Shown one piece after another: positions 23,096 through 39,180 of a stretch of 64,000 nucleotides of DNA (positions are counted from its first letter, which is position 1; each line of letters starts with the position of its first letter). The DNA comes from Escherichia coli (GTDB taxonomy: Bacteria > Pseudomonadota > Gammaproteobacteria > Enterobacterales > Enterobacteriaceae). Position numbers and translations under genes: made by a program. The stretch lies in NCBI RefSeq assembly GCF_044324875.1, contig NZ_CP172185.1; one strand, 5' to 3'. The notes under the pieces are model-generated. The model did not search any database and was not told where the DNA came from. It saw only the letters and a list, made by a program, of their open reading frames with translations.

Positions 23096-24100
23096 ATGAA
23101 AGTAATTGTAAATAATTTTTTTGATGGTATTTTGAAAAGAGGAATACCGATCTATACTTCTGAACTTGTGCAAAAGTTAAGAGACAATAATGTTCAGGTT
23201 ATTTATGTTGCATGTCCAAAAGCATTCCATAAGCTGCCTTCATGGTTTCTGAATGTTCTTTTTATAATAGTAGAGCAGCTTTTAATACCAATTATGGGTA
23301 TATTTTATAGAACTAAGTATAATATATATCCCTATAATAGTAGTTCCATCATTGACTTGTTATTAGGTAAGGCAATTGTTATAATTCATGACTTCATTAG
23401 TCTTAAGAAAAATAAACGAAATCTTGCTGCCATTTATGTGAAAGTCTGTATTTATTTTTCATCTTTTTTAGCAAAGAAAGTAATATTTATTTCTCAAAGC
23501 ACTCAGCGAGTATCTAAGAGAATATCGCTATTTAAGTGTATAGAATCTATCCTGCTCCCAAATCCATTTTTCTCATTTGAGAAAATTGCTAATGTTACCG
23601 AAATAAAAGATCTTGGATATTTACTTCTAGTTTCAGGTTTAGGGGATAATAAGGATCTAGGCACAGCTCTGGACTATTATTTTTCAATCCCAAGGGAAGA
23701 AAGAATACCATTAAAAATATTAGGTTGTGGGAATGGTATTAGCAAGGTTAACGACTTAATTGATGGGCGGGATACAGATAAAGAAATTGAAATTATTGGT
23801 TTTGTTTCTTTAGAGGAAGTCGTCAAACTATATTGTAATTCTAAAATTGTTTGGGCTCATTCGCTTGCCGAGGGGTATGGAAGGACTTTAGCTGAAGCAA
23901 AACTCACATGCAAAAATGTTATATGCACACGGATCTCTGCTTTCCGCGAACAAAAGGATTCGAATATTTTCTTTTATACTTACTATTCTGAGTATTATGA
24001 AGTCTATTCATACTTGGTAGATAATTCACCCAGTGTCGAAAGGAAAGCTCTGCATGAACATATTTTATTTGAAAATGAATTGAGAAAGATTTATGAGTAA
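23096..24100 (+). CDS. O-antigen glycosyltransferase (GT4-like, probable mannosyltransferase)
   Basis: ORF 23063..24100; start taken at ATG 23096 (MKVIVNNFF...). AT-rich with Lys/Ile/Asn-rich codon usage; C-terminal EGYGRTLAEAKLTCKNVICT resembles the GT4 E-x7-E region. Confidence 0.7.
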   Translation: MKVIVNNFFDGILKRGIPIYTSELVQKLRDNNVQVIYVACPKAFHKLPSWFLNVLFIIVEQLLIPIMGIFYRTKYNIYPYNSSSIIDLLLGKAIVIIHDFISLKKNKRNLAAIYVKVCIYFSSFLAKKVIFISQSTQRVSKRISLFKCIESILLPNPFFSFEKIANVTEIKDLGYLLLVSGLGDNKDLGTALDYYFSIPREERIPLKILGCGNGISKVNDLIDGRDTDKEIEIIGFVSLEEVVKLYCNSKIVWAHSLAEGYGRTLAEAKLTCKNVICTRISAFREQKDSNIFFYTYYSEYYEVYSYLVDNSPSVERKALHEHILFENELRKIYE

Positions 24101-25295
24101 TATTGATATAAATAAGAAACAGATATTAGTTTTGACTCCACGGTTCCCGTTTCCTGTCATTGGTGGGGATCGATTACGTATCTATAAGATCTGTAAAGAA
24201 CTGTCTAAGCATTATGATCTTACGTTGCTGAGTCTGTGTGATAAACGCGAAGAGCTCAACTATGAATATGATCGTGAAGTTTTTAGTAGTGTTCACAGAG
24301 TATATCTTTCAAAGAAAAAATCTATTTTAAATGTCATATTCTCTTTGTTTTCAAATACTCCCCTACAGATTGGGTATTATAAATCTAAAGAATTTGAAGA
24401 TAAACTTAAGCAGTTATTACCTGAACATTCTGCAACTCTTTCACATTTGATAAGGGTTGGTGATTATGTGAAAGAGAATAAAGATATAAATTTTTTAGAG
24501 ATGACCGATGCCATTTCACTTAATTATAAACGAGTAAAGGAAAAAGCATCTTTATTGAGTTTAAAAACATTTGTATATTCTTTTGAACAAAAAAGACTCG
24601 AACGATATGAGCGAACTATAAATAACAAGTTCAGCTTGACTACTTTGGTATCACAGGTTGACTCCGATTATTTATATCCAGACCGTCCGAATAATGTATT
24701 AGTCTGTGGAAATGGTGTTGATGCCGTTAGCTTACCTTTTTCAGAACGAAAAATAGCTAAAGATAAAAAGATAACCCTTGTATTTATAGGTAATTTATAT
24801 TCTTTGCAAAATATGGATGGTGTGAGATGGTTCACCAAGGAAGTTTTACCATTTCTTAACAAGCATGGTAATTTTGAATTTAAGGTCATCGGACGTATTA
24901 CAGATAAAGATAAGAGTTGGTTAGAAAGCCAGCCTGGCGTTGTTGTCACAGGTGAAGTTGATAGCATAACTTATGCAGCAGCTGATGGGCATATTGGTGT
25001 ATGTCCTATTAGATTAGGGGCAGGTATCCAAAATAAGGTACTTGAATATATGGCGTTGGGATTACCTTGTATCTCTTCTACTGTAGGCTTTGAAGGCTTG
25101 GGAGCAGAGGAGGGTAAGGAGATTTATGTTGCCAATACAAAAGAAGAATATTTACGTGTATTAAATTATTTTATAACAAATCTGGATAAATATACCGAAA
25201 CAGCATTAGTTGCGAAAAAGTTTATCGGTGAGAATTTTTCATGGGAAGCTAAATTGAGCCCATATATCCAGAAAATTAAGGAGTCTGTTAAATAA
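24093..25295 (+). CDS. O-antigen glycosyltransferase (GT4 family)
   Basis: 400-aa ORF; GT4-like C-terminal region ([38 protein letters not shown]); low GC. Confidence 0.75.
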   Translation: MSNIDINKKQILVLTPRFPFPVIGGDRLRIYKICKELSKHYDLTLLSLCDKREELNYEYDREVFSSVHRVYLSKKKSILNVIFSLFSNTPLQIGYYKSKEFEDKLKQLLPEHSATLSHLIRVGDYVKENKDINFLEMTDAISLNYKRVKEKASLLSLKTFVYSFEQKRLERYERTINNKFSLTTLVSQVDSDYLYPDRPNNVLVCGNGVDAVSLPFSERKIAKDKKITLVFIGNLYSLQNMDGVRWFTKEVLPFLNKHGNFEFKVIGRITDKDKSWLESQPGVVVTGEVDSITYAAADGHIGVCPIRLGAGIQNKVLEYMALGLPCISSTVGFEGLGAEEGKEIYVANTKEEYLRVLNYFITNLDKYTETALVAKKFIGENFSWEAKLSPYIQKIKESVK

Positions 25296-25296
25296 A

Positions 25297-26712
25297 ATGA
25301 TTATCCCAATTATTATGGCCGGTGGTTCTGGTACTCGCTTATGGCCTCTTTCGCGTTCGTTATACCCGAAACAATTTTTATCATTGATTAATGAAAATAG
25401 TTTGCTCCAGGAAACGTTGAAGAGACTTGATGGATTAAATTGTTTGCCTCCTGTCATTGTTAGCAATAATGAGCATAGATTTATTGTTGCTGAACAATTG
25501 CGACAGTTCGGTGTGGATGACTTCCAGATTATTCTAGAACCTGTAGGTAGAAATACTGCGCCCGCCGTTGCGCTGGCTGCTCTAAAGTCTCTAGAACTCC
25601 ATGGCGATCATCATATGCTGGTTCTTGCTGCTGACCATGCTATTCAGGATATTGAAGCCTTCCATGCAGCTGTTTTAGCTGCAGAACAAGAGTCCGTTGA
25701 CAATAAGTTAGTGACTTTTGGCATCGTCCCGACCAAACCTGAAACTGGGTATGGCTATATTAAAAAGGGCGAACAAGTTAAAAACTCTGTATTTAAAGTA
25801 AATTCTTTCGTCGAAAAACCTGATTTAGAAACGGCTAAAAATTATCTCGAACAAAAATGCTATTTGTGGAATAGTGGTATGTTCATGTTCAAGGCGAGCG
25901 TATATTTAGATGAATTGAAAAAATTTCGCCCTGATATTTTAGCAGCGTGTAAAGAGTCGCTTTCCAGTGCTAGTACTGATCTAGATTTTATCAGATTAAA
26001 TTCTGATGTCTTTGCAGAATGTCCCGATGAGTCAATTGATTATGCGGTAATGGAAAAAACTCAGGATTGTGTAGTTATTCCACTTGATGCTGACTGGAGT
26101 GACATCGGTTCATGGACATCACTTTGGGAAATATCAGAGAAAGATGAACATGAAAACGTATCGCATGGCGATGTAATTAACTATAACAGCAGGAACAACT
26201 ACATTTACTCTGAAGGTTCACTGATCAGCACTGTAGGAGTTAATAACCTTATTATAGTTCAAACTAAAGATGCGCTCCTGGTAGCACAGCAAGACAACGT
26301 ACAAGACATAAAGAAGATTGTCGAAATTCTTAAAAAGCAAAAACGTAGCGAACATATATCCCATCGCGAAGTCTATCGTCCTTGGGGACGTTATGATTCT
26401 GTAGAACGTGGCGACCGTTATCAGGTAAAGCGTATTACCGTTAAGCCTGGTGAATGTCTCTCAACACAAATGCATCATCATCGAGCTGAGCATTGGGTGG
26501 TTGTCGCTGGTACTGCAAAGGTGACTTGCGGCGAACGCACTTTTTTCGTCACTGAAAATGAGTCAACTTTCATACCAATTGGCACAGTTCATACCTTGGA
26601 AAATCCAGGAAAGATACCATTAGAAGTAATTGAGATTCAGTCGGGTGTATATCTAGGTGATGATGATATTGTGCGCCTAAGTGATAAATATGGTCGTGTT
26701 GAGGATAAATAA
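25297..26712 (+). CDS. manC: Mannose-1-phosphate guanylyltransferase (O-antigen copy)
   Basis: 471-aa ORF; [13 protein letters not shown] motif and cupin C-terminus, highly similar to cpsB in protein but AT-rich at the nucleotide level. Confidence 0.9.
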   Translation: MIIPIIMAGGSGTRLWPLSRSLYPKQFLSLINENSLLQETLKRLDGLNCLPPVIVSNNEHRFIVAEQLRQFGVDDFQIILEPVGRNTAPAVALAALKSLELHGDHHMLVLAADHAIQDIEAFHAAVLAAEQESVDNKLVTFGIVPTKPETGYGYIKKGEQVKNSVFKVNSFVEKPDLETAKNYLEQKCYLWNSGMFMFKASVYLDELKKFRPDILAACKESLSSASTDLDFIRLNSDVFAECPDESIDYAVMEKTQDCVVIPLDADWSDIGSWTSLWEISEKDEHENVSHGDVINYNSRNNYIYSEGSLISTVGVNNLIIVQTKDALLVAQQDNVQDIKKIVEILKKQKRSEHISHREVYRPWGRYDSVERGDRYQVKRITVKPGECLSTQMHHHRAEHWVVVAGTAKVTCGERTFFVTENESTFIPIGTVHTLENPGKIPLEVIEIQSGVYLGDDDIVRLSDKYGRVEDK

Positions 26713-26716
26713 TTAT

Positions 26717-28138
26717 ATGAATATTACCAATGATGTAATTAAAAATAGCGGAATTGCATTTGGTACAAGTGGTGCTCGTGGATTAGTGAAAGATTTTACA
26801 CCCAACGTGTGTGCTGCATTCACTTATGCTTTTATCGATGTAATGATGAAGGATTTTTCTTTTAAAGAGGTTGCGCTCGCAATAGATAATCGCCCAAGCA
26901 GCTATGCTATGGCACAAGCTTGCGCAGCAGCATTGTTGGAATGTAGTATTAAACCTATTTACTACGGTGTAATTCCAACTCCAGCTTTGGCAAATCAAGC
27001 GATTGCCGATGGGATTCCTGCAATAATGGTTACTGGAAGTCATATTCCATTTGATAGAAATGGTTTGAAATTCTATCGTCCAGACGGGGAAATTTCAAAA
27101 GAAAATGAGAACAGCATTATACATGCTGAAAAAGAGTATCCTGATGTAACTGTATTGCCAGAATTACAATGTTCAAAGCGTGCCGCTGATACTTATATCG
27201 AGAGAAACACTTCAATTTTTTCAAATATATTTAAAGGTAAACGTATCGGGATTTATGAACATTCAAGTGCGGGACGGGATCTTTATTCAGAAATATTCAG
27301 TAAGCTTGGTGCTGAAGTTGTAAGTATTGGTAGAAGTGATGAGTTTGTGCCTATTGATACTGAAGCAGTATCAAAAGAAGATGAAGAAAAAGCTTTACAC
27401 TGGTCATCTGAGTATGACCTCGATATGATTTTTTCTACCGATGGTGATGGCGATCGTCCTTTGGTTGCTGACGAAAATGGCGTTTGGTTACGGGGTGATA
27501 TATTAGGACTATTTTGCTCAAAGGCAATGAATATTGAAGCGGTAGCTGTACCTGTAAGTTGTAATACGGTTATTCAGACTTGCGGGTGGTTTAATCATGT
27601 AACGCTGACTAAAATTGGTTCACCATACGTCATTTCAGCGTTTGATTCTCTGAATAATAGTTTTGATAGGGTTGCAGGGTTTGAGGCTAACGGTGGGTAT
27701 CTTTTAGGTAGCGATGTAAATTATAACAGCGGTATGATTAAAGCGCTTCCAACAAGAGATGCTGTTTTGCCTGCTTTAATGGTACTGGCACTGGCTATAA
27801 AAAATAATGTGACTATTTCAAAACTCTTGGCGGAGTTGCCACCACGATTTACCTACTCAAATAGAGTTCAAAATTTTGCAACAAGCAAAAGTAAAAGCAT
27901 TATCGCGTCAGCTCAAGAAAATCCTCAAGAATTTATCGAAAGAATAGGCTTTGTCGATCTTCATGTACAATCGGTGGATACAATTGACGGGTTAAGATTG
28001 ACACTAAGTGATGGTTCAATAATCCATTTGCGACCGTCAGGCAACGCACCTGAATTGCGATGCTATGCAGAAGCAGATAACATAATAAAAGCTGAAAAAT
28101 TAGTGTTAGAAGTTTTGCATAAAGTTACTCTTTTGTAA
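26717..28138 (+). CDS. manB: Phosphohexomutase of the PGM/PMM superfamily (O-antigen phosphomannomutase, ManB-type role)
   Basis: ORF 26681..28138; start taken at ATG ~26717 ([22 protein letters not shown]...). [11 protein letters not shown] phosphoserine-loop-like motif and DGDGDRP metal-binding motif. Start codon uncertain by a few codons. Confidence 0.75.
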   Translation: MNITNDVIKNSGIAFGTSGARGLVKDFTPNVCAAFTYAFIDVMMKDFSFKEVALAIDNRPSSYAMAQACAAALLECSIKPIYYGVIPTPALANQAIADGIPAIMVTGSHIPFDRNGLKFYRPDGEISKENENSIIHAEKEYPDVTVLPELQCSKRAADTYIERNTSIFSNIFKGKRIGIYEHSSAGRDLYSEIFSKLGAEVVSIGRSDEFVPIDTEAVSKEDEEKALHWSSEYDLDMIFSTDGDGDRPLVADENGVWLRGDILGLFCSKAMNIEAVAVPVSCNTVIQTCGWFNHVTLTKIGSPYVISAFDSLNNSFDRVAGFEANGGYLLGSDVNYNSGMIKALPTRDAVLPALMVLALAIKNNVTISKLLAELPPRFTYSNRVQNFATSKSKSIIASAQENPQEFIERIGFVDLHVQSVDTIDGLRLTLSDGSIIHLRPSGNAPELRCYAEADNIIKAEKLVLEVLHKVTLL

Positions 28139-28321
28139 AAAAATATAAACTTTTTTCTACTCTTGAGCGGTTTGTCATTTAACCGCTCAGTAATAGATTG
28201 TTTATAAATTGTTTATATTTAGCATTGGTGTTTTTATTTGCGTTCATCCCGAATAAGAGATTGTAAAATTAACTGTTTCTTATTTTTCAAATGAGTTACT
28301 TCACTAGTAAAGCTAATTACT

Positions 28322-29653
28322 ATGCATAAGCAATATTATTCATTATTGTGCAATAAAATACAGTTTAAACATCTGGCTATATATTTTTCTGTATTTCTTT
28401 CACTATCCTCATGTTTCTTGTGGGGAGGGGCGGATACATTTGTATCGCAAGTGTATATTGATATTTTAGCCACTATATCTACAGCGCTATTAGTTGTTTT
28501 GATGTTCTATTATTATATTAATAGAGTTCGCTATTTATCACTAACCTTACTTTTTGCATTCGTTTTTTCTTTGATTATTGGTTTGCCATCGATTTATCTT
28601 TACTATTTTAAAAACGCAAATCATGGGTTTGAAATAATTTGTATCTGGGGGATGTTGATCAATTCCATCCTTTACTTGCAAACAACAGAGACTGTCATAA
28701 AAGAAGAAAAAAGATATTTAACTAGTTTATTTTATATTTTGTTTTCTATTGTTGCACTGTGTCAATTATACAAAATATTAATTTATCTTATGTTTATATT
28801 GAATTCAGGAGAAGGGCATTTAGCAATTTATACTGAAAGCGAAGAATTGCTATCCCAAGTTCCATTTTTTATTCGTGCTATTAGTGGTTTTGCAGTTGTA
28901 ATGTCATTGTCCACTTTTTATTTTAAAACACCGACCTACATTAAAGTTATTGCATTTGTTTTACTTGCATCTGATTTAGCTATTGGAATACGTAATAAGT
29001 TTTTCTTTTCAGTGATTTGTATTTTTATACTATATATGTACTCTAATGAGTATAGAGTAAGAAATTTATTTAAGCAACTCTCAAAACCAATATTTCTCAT
29101 CGCCGGTTTTTTATGCTTCTCGATGGTATCGTATTTCCGTGAAGGGTACCAAATCGATTTTATGATTTATATTGGCATTGTTTTAGATTCGCTATCCTCT
29201 ACTCTTGGGGGGATGCAGAATTTGTTTGATATGCAATCATCAGGATGGGATCAACTTCATCCCGCTGTGGTATTCACACAAGTATTACCGCTAAGCGGTC
29301 TTGGTTTTCTTGATGATCAACAAATCGCAAAAGATTTTTCAATAATTGTTTTAGGTGATGTATCCTCTGGTATTGCGTTGTCATCTTCAGGATTGTTAGA
29401 GTCATCGTTGCTGAGTCTAAACTTGGGAGTGATTATTTATTTACTGTATTTATCAGGGGTGATGCTTTTTATTAAATGGGGACTAAATAATCAACGGATA
29501 ATAATAAACTTTGTTGCCATCTCCATGATATCTGGATTTTTTTATGCTGTTCGTGGTGAACTGATTTTGCCATTGGCTTTTCTTCTAAAATCATTGCCGA
29601 TTGTTCTTATATCTCCATTACTTGTTAAAAATAAAATTTATCATGGTCAGTAA
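28322..29653 (+). CDS. wzy: O-antigen polymerase Wzy (polytopic membrane protein)
   Basis: 443-aa very hydrophobic, low-GC ORF with many predicted TM segments; location in O-antigen cluster. Assignment is by context. Confidence 0.65.
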   Translation: MHKQYYSLLCNKIQFKHLAIYFSVFLSLSSCFLWGGADTFVSQVYIDILATISTALLVVLMFYYYINRVRYLSLTLLFAFVFSLIIGLPSIYLYYFKNANHGFEIICIWGMLINSILYLQTTETVIKEEKRYLTSLFYILFSIVALCQLYKILIYLMFILNSGEGHLAIYTESEELLSQVPFFIRAISGFAVVMSLSTFYFKTPTYIKVIAFVLLASDLAIGIRNKFFFSVICIFILYMYSNEYRVRNLFKQLSKPIFLIAGFLCFSMVSYFREGYQIDFMIYIGIVLDSLSSTLGGMQNLFDMQSSGWDQLHPAVVFTQVLPLSGLGFLDDQQIAKDFSIIVLGDVSSGIALSSSGLLESSLLSLNLGVIIYLLYLSGVMLFIKWGLNNQRIIINFVAISMISGFFYAVRGELILPLAFLLKSLPIVLISPLLVKNKIYHGQ

Positions 29654-29694
29654 GTGGTTTATTTTTCGACCAGGATCTCACCAGTAGGCATGAC

Positions 29695-30930
29695 ATGATC
29701 AAAGAAATTTTCTCCGATGGCATTTTTTCGCTATTTAATAAAATATGTTACTTCGGTTTTAAAACACTTGCAATAATTCTGATTACTCGTTCCTTAGGAG
29801 AAGATGTAGGCGGAGAGTTCATTTTTTTAGTTGGTTTTCTCGAAGTCCTTCGGGTGGTTACTGATTTTGGTGTGGATCTGTTTGTTATAAAAAAATATAA
29901 TGATTCTACAGATAAAATAAAACTATTAAATGTAACGTTTGCACAAAAAATTCTTTCTGGAGTAATTGTTTTACTACTGTTTTGTTTGTATTCTTTTGTT
30001 CAGGGTTATCAATATAATGTCTATATTCCTATTGTGTTAGCCTTACCTGTTGCTTTATTTTTTAATTTCTCAAATAGCTATTTTCAATCTCTCAATTCCA
30101 ATAAATCTCTCACGTTTCCGATCGCAATTGCATCTATTGCAACGTGTACGATCTTCGCTATTCAGTATTTTTTAAACGTTAAATTTAACGCATGGGATTA
30201 CCTGTGTGTTGAACTATTATTCGTATCGCTGGTTACACTAAAACTATTCGTTAGTGTCAAGTTTAGGTTTATTAGAACGTCAGCTTTTGATGTGCTAATG
30301 TCAATTCTTTCTTTATATAAATATACATTAAGTATAGGTCTTACAGCTGTTGTTGTAATTATTTATAGCCGTATAGATAATTTTTATCTCAAGACATTTG
30401 CCCCAGGGGATCTTGCAGCATATGGCCAGATATTTAGGATGGTTGATCCACTGGTTATGGTTTCTTCTGTATTTTCTACAGTTGCCTATGCAAGATTTTG
30501 CCGAATTAACTTACAAGAAAAAAATGCTTTTACTAAGGTGTTTCAGTTCCTGTTATGTATTGTGGCATATGGCGTGCTGAGTTCATTAGTTTATTTCTTT
30601 ATAATAAAATACCTGGGTCATTTTGTATTGATTTCTAATGTTAATAATGATTTCTTGATAATGATGTTCTTGATTGTTGCATGTGTGAAATGTATCAATG
30701 GTGGTACAACTGCAATAATTCAGTCACAGGGGTTTTATAAAGTGGGTTTGTATGTTTCGTATGTTTGCATTTTGACATCGATACCAACTATGTATTTCTT
30801 AATAATGAAGTACGGTGTTAAAGGTGCTGCTATGACGATTCTGCTTGTAGAGTGTATTAGTTTCATATTACTTCTCTGCAGCTTTTTTATGATAAAAAAG
30901 ATGCGTCCTAAAAAAACATTCGAAATGTAA
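29695..30930 (+). CDS. wzx: O-antigen flippase Wzx
   Basis: 411-aa polytopic membrane ORF with the N-terminal pattern typical of polysaccharide-biosynthesis flippases; last gene before gnd. Confidence 0.7.
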   Translation: MIKEIFSDGIFSLFNKICYFGFKTLAIILITRSLGEDVGGEFIFLVGFLEVLRVVTDFGVDLFVIKKYNDSTDKIKLLNVTFAQKILSGVIVLLLFCLYSFVQGYQYNVYIPIVLALPVALFFNFSNSYFQSLNSNKSLTFPIAIASIATCTIFAIQYFLNVKFNAWDYLCVELLFVSLVTLKLFVSVKFRFIRTSAFDVLMSILSLYKYTLSIGLTAVVVIIYSRIDNFYLKTFAPGDLAAYGQIFRMVDPLVMVSSVFSTVAYARFCRINLQEKNAFTKVFQFLLCIVAYGVLSSLVYFFIIKYLGHFVLISNVNNDFLIMMFLIVACVKCINGGTTAIIQSQGFYKVGLYVSYVCILTSIPTMYFLIMKYGVKGAAMTILLVECISFILLLCSFFMIKKMRPKKTFEM

Positions 30931-31082
30931 TCAATGAGTCCTCTTTGAATAGAATTAGTTTGTTCTATTTATGAACACTTAGCTTGAGTAAGTTCTAACA
31001 TAGATTACTAATTGTTTGATACTATCTGCTTTACAAGCATAACCGCGTATGTCGCGGTGACCACACCTGACAGGAGTATGTA

Positions 31083-32489
31083 ATGTCCAAGCAACAGATC
31101 GGCGTCGTCGGTATGGCAGTGATGGGGCGCAACCTGGCGCTCAACATCGAAAGCCGTGGTTATACCGTCTCCGTCTTCAACCGCTCCCGCGAAAAAACTG
31201 AAGAAGTTGTTGCCGAGAACCCGGGTAAGAAACTGGTTCCTTATTACACGGTGAAAGAGTTTGTCGAGTCTCTTGAAACCCCTCGTCGCATCCTGTTAAT
31301 GGTGAAAGCAGGTGCAGGCACGGATGCTGCTATTGATTCCCTCAAACCATATCTCGATAAAGGTGACATCATCATTGATGGTGGTAACACCTTCTTCCAG
31401 GACACTATTCGTCGTAATCGTGAGCTTTCAGCAGAGGGCTTTAACTTCATCGGTACCGGTGTTTCCGGCGGTGAAGAGGGGGCGTTGAAAGGACCTTCCA
31501 TCATGCCTGGTGGGCAGAAAGAAGCCTATGAACTGGTTGCACCAATTCTGACCAAAATCGCCGCAGTAGCTGAAGACGGTGAGCCATGCGTTACCTATAT
31601 TGGTGCCGATGGCGCAGGTCACTATGTGAAGATGGTTCACAACGGTATTGAATACGGCGATATGCAGCTGATTGCTGAAGCCTATTCTCTGCTAAAAGGT
31701 GGCCTGAACCTCACCAACGAAGAACTGGCGCAGACTTTTACCGAGTGGAATAACGGTGAACTGAGCAGCTACCTGATCGACATCACCAAAGATATCTTCA
31801 CCAAAAAAGATGAAGACGGTAACTACCTGGTTGATGTGATTCTGGATGAAGCAGCAAACAAAGGTACGGGCAAATGGACCAGCCAGAGTGCGCTGGATCT
31901 CGGCGAACCGCTGTCGCTGATAACCGAGTCTGTGTTTGCACGTTATATCTCTTCTCTGAAAGATCAGCGCGTTGCCGCGTCTAAAGTTCTCTCTGGCCCG
32001 CAAGCGCAGCCAGCAGGCGACAAGGCTGAGTTCATCGAAAAAGTTCGCCGTGCGCTGTATCTGGGCAAAATCGTTTCTTACGCTCAGGGCTTCTCTCAGC
32101 TACGCGCCGCGTCTGAAGAGTACAACTGGGATCTGAACTACGGCGAAATCGCGAAGATTTTCCGTGCTGGCTGCATCATCCGTGCGCAGTTCCTGCAGAA
32201 AATCACCGATGCTTATGCCGAAGATCCGCAGATCGCTAACCTGCTGCTGGCTCCGTACTTCAAGCAAATTGCTGATGACTACCAGCAGGCGCTGCGTGAT
32301 GTCGTTGCTTATGCAGTACAAAACGGTATCCCGGTTCCGACCTTCGCCGCTGCGGTTGCCTATTACGATAGCTACCGTGCCGCTGTTCTGCCTGCGAACC
32401 TGATCCAGGCACAGCGTGACTATTTCGGTGCACATACTTATAAGCGCATTGATAAAGAAGGTGTGTTCCATACTGAATGGCTGGATTAA
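31083..32489 (+). CDS. gnd: 6-phosphogluconate dehydrogenase, decarboxylating
   Basis: 468-aa ORF; N-terminal [19 protein letters not shown]-binding motif; higher GC than the flanking O-antigen genes. Confidence 0.97.
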   Translation: MSKQQIGVVGMAVMGRNLALNIESRGYTVSVFNRSREKTEEVVAENPGKKLVPYYTVKEFVESLETPRRILLMVKAGAGTDAAIDSLKPYLDKGDIIIDGGNTFFQDTIRRNRELSAEGFNFIGTGVSGGEEGALKGPSIMPGGQKEAYELVAPILTKIAAVAEDGEPCVTYIGADGAGHYVKMVHNGIEYGDMQLIAEAYSLLKGGLNLTNEELAQTFTEWNNGELSSYLIDITKDIFTKKDEDGNYLVDVILDEAANKGTGKWTSQSALDLGEPLSLITESVFARYISSLKDQRVAASKVLSGPQAQPAGDKAEFIEKVRRALYLGKIVSYAQGFSQLRAASEEYNWDLNYGEIAKIFRAGCIIRAQFLQKITDAYAEDPQIANLLLAPYFKQIADDYQQALRDVVAYAVQNGIPVPTFAAAVAYYDSYRAAVLPANLIQAQRDYFGAHTYKRIDKEGVFHTEWLD

Positions 32490-32515
32490 TCTGATTTAAC
32501 CAACAATAAAATTGA

Positions 32516-32548
32516 GGCCCGGCGTATATTGCACCGGGCTTTTTTTTG
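32516..32548 (+). terminator. Rho-independent terminator downstream of gnd
   Basis: GC stem ggcccgg...ccgggc followed by a run of 8 T. Confidence 0.7.
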
Positions 32549-32728
32549 CCAATTATCTTATAGACTAAATTTCACTGCTTAATATTAACTTAATAAATAT
32601 CAGCTATTCTTATAAAGAAATTCTGAATTGTTTTTCGTTGCGTTGACCATCTTACAACGTAGCGTTAAAACTTTTAACTCTTATCAGGATGCTAAAAACA
32701 TCATGATTCACAGTTAAGTTAATTCTGA

Positions 32729-33904
<1,176 letters not shown>

Positions 33905-34049
33905 CATCTTGTTATCAGGGCTATTTACGCCCTGATTGTCTTTTGTTACTTCCTCAATAATTCATTATTTTTATCACTTATCCTATAGCATTCACGAGGA
34001 TTATCGCTAAACTATGCGGACTTGGAAATTTCCGTCAGTTAGGGTAATG

Positions 34050-35027
34050 ATGAGAGTAGAAAATAATAATGTTTCTGGGCAAAACCATGACCCGGAACAG
34101 ATTGATTTGATTGATTTACTAATGCAGTTGTGGCGTGGCAAGATGACAATCATCATCTCTGTCATTGTTGCTATTGCCCTGGCTATAGGGTATCTGGCCG
34201 TTGCCAAAGAAAAGTGGACTTCCACAGCTATCGTTACTCAACCTGATGTGGGGCAAATCGCTGGCTATAACAATGCCATGAATGTTATCTATGGTCAGGC
34301 TGCACCGAAAGTGTCAGATTTGCAGGAGACGTTGATTGGTCGCTTCAGTTCTGCCTTCTCTGCATTAGCAGAAACGCTGGATAATCAGGAAGAACCAGAA
34401 AAACTTACCATCGAACCTTCTGTTAAGAACCAGCAATTACCATTGACTGTTTCTTATGTTGGGCAAACTGCAGAGGGCGCACAAATGAAGTTGGCCCAAT
34501 ACATTCAGCAAGTTGACGATAAAGTGAATCAAGAGCTAGAAAAGGATCTCAAAGACAACATTGCTCTGGGACGGAAAAACTTGCAGGACTCTTTAAGAAC
34601 GCAGGAAGTGGTCGCGCAGGAGCAGAAAGATCTGCGTATCCGTCAGATTCAGGAAGCATTGCAGTATGCGAATCAGGCGCAGGTGACAAAACCACAGGTT
34701 CAGCAGACTGAAGATGTGACGCAAGATACGTTGTTCCTTCTTGGGAGCGAAGCACTGGAGTCGATGATTAAGCATGAGGCGACCCGTCCGTTGGTGTTCT
34801 CACCAAACTACTATCAGACTCGTCAAAACCTGCTGGATATCGAAAGCTTAAAGGTTGATGATCTTGATATTCATGCTTACCGTTATGTGATGAAACCGAC
34901 GTTACCTATTCGTCGCGATAGCCCGAAAAAGGCAATTACCTTGATTCTGGCAGTGCTACTGGGTGGCATGGTTGGCGCGGGGATTGTGCTGGGGCGTAAC
35001 GCTCTACGCAATTACAACGCGAAATAA
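34050..35027 (+). CDS. wzzB: O-antigen chain-length determinant (polysaccharide co-polymerase Wzz)
   Basis: ORF 34014..35027; internal Met at ~34050 gives MRVENNNVSGQNHDPEQIDLIDLL... (~325 aa) with N- and C-terminal TM segments flanking a coiled-coil periplasmic domain. Confidence 0.9.
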   Translation: MRVENNNVSGQNHDPEQIDLIDLLMQLWRGKMTIIISVIVAIALAIGYLAVAKEKWTSTAIVTQPDVGQIAGYNNAMNVIYGQAAPKVSDLQETLIGRFSSAFSALAETLDNQEEPEKLTIEPSVKNQQLPLTVSYVGQTAEGAQMKLAQYIQQVDDKVNQELEKDLKDNIALGRKNLQDSLRTQEVVAQEQKDLRIRQIQEALQYANQAQVTKPQVQQTEDVTQDTLFLLGSEALESMIKHEATRPLVFSPNYYQTRQNLLDIESLKVDDLDIHAYRYVMKPTLPIRRDSPKKAITLILAVLLGGMVGAGIVLGRNALRNYNAK

Positions 35028-35049
35028 TCTTTGCAGTTTTAAAGAAAAT

Positions 35050-35082
35050 GGGCAGGGTGGTGACACCTTGCCCGTTTTTTTT
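35050..35082 (+). terminator. Rho-independent terminator downstream of wzzB
   Basis: gggcagggtg-gtga-caccttgccc hairpin followed by T8. Confidence 0.7.
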
Positions 35083-35115
35083 GCCGGATGCGATGCTGGC
35101 GCATCTTATCCAGCC
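35083..35115. repeat. REP-type palindromic unit adjacent to the IS insertion site
   Basis: gccggatgcgatgctggcgcatcttatccagcc is an imperfect palindrome, the same REP subtype as at 2437-2470. Confidence 0.55.
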
Positions 35116-35134
35116 AAAATGTGCAGAGCGAATA

Positions 35135-36421
<1,287 letters not shown>

Positions 36422-36489
36422 CGATAAGCTTGCGCATCGGGCAATGGCTACGGATGCGACTACAACATCGCATCCGGTCAGTCCGCAAC

Positions 36490-37094
36490 TCACTGATGCC
36501 GTTTGCGCAGGTTCTCAATCACCGTCGTTAAATCCAGCCCCTGATCCTGCAACAGCACCAGCAGGTGATACATCAAGTCAGATGCCTCGTTGGTCAGCTC
36601 AAAGCGGTCATGTACCGTTGCTGCCAGCGCAGTTTCCACCCCTTCTTCGCCCACTTTCTGCGCGATGCGTTTGGTGCCGCTGGCATACAGTTTGGCTGTG
36701 TAAGAGGTTTCCGGGTCGGCAGATTTACGTTCGGCGAGCAGTTGTTCCAGTTGATACAGGAACAGCCACTGGTGAGCGGTGTTGCCGAAGCAACTGCTGG
36801 TGCCTTTGTGGCAGGTCGGGCCGATGGGATTCGCCAGCACTAATAAAGTGTCGTTGTCGCAGTCCGACGCAATACTCACTACGTTGAGGAAATTACCCGA
36901 CGTTTCGCCTTTGGTCCACAGTCGCTGTTTAGTGCGCGAGAAGAAGGTAACTTTGCCACTTTCGATGGTTTTGTCCAGAGCTTCCGGGTTCATGTAGCCC
37001 AGCATTAACACTTCACCGGATACCGCGTGTTGCACAATCACCGGCATCAGTCCGTCGGTTTTTTCCCAGTCCAGTTCGCGACGTAGTTGTTCTG

Positions 37095-37101
<7 letters not shown>
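36490..37101 (-). CDS. hisI: Bifunctional phosphoribosyl-AMP cyclohydrolase / phosphoribosyl-ATP pyrophosphatase
   Basis: 203-aa ORF; last gene of the his operon; overlaps hisF start. Confidence 0.95.
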
Positions 37102-39179
<2,078 letters not shown>

Positions 39180-39180
<1 letters not shown>

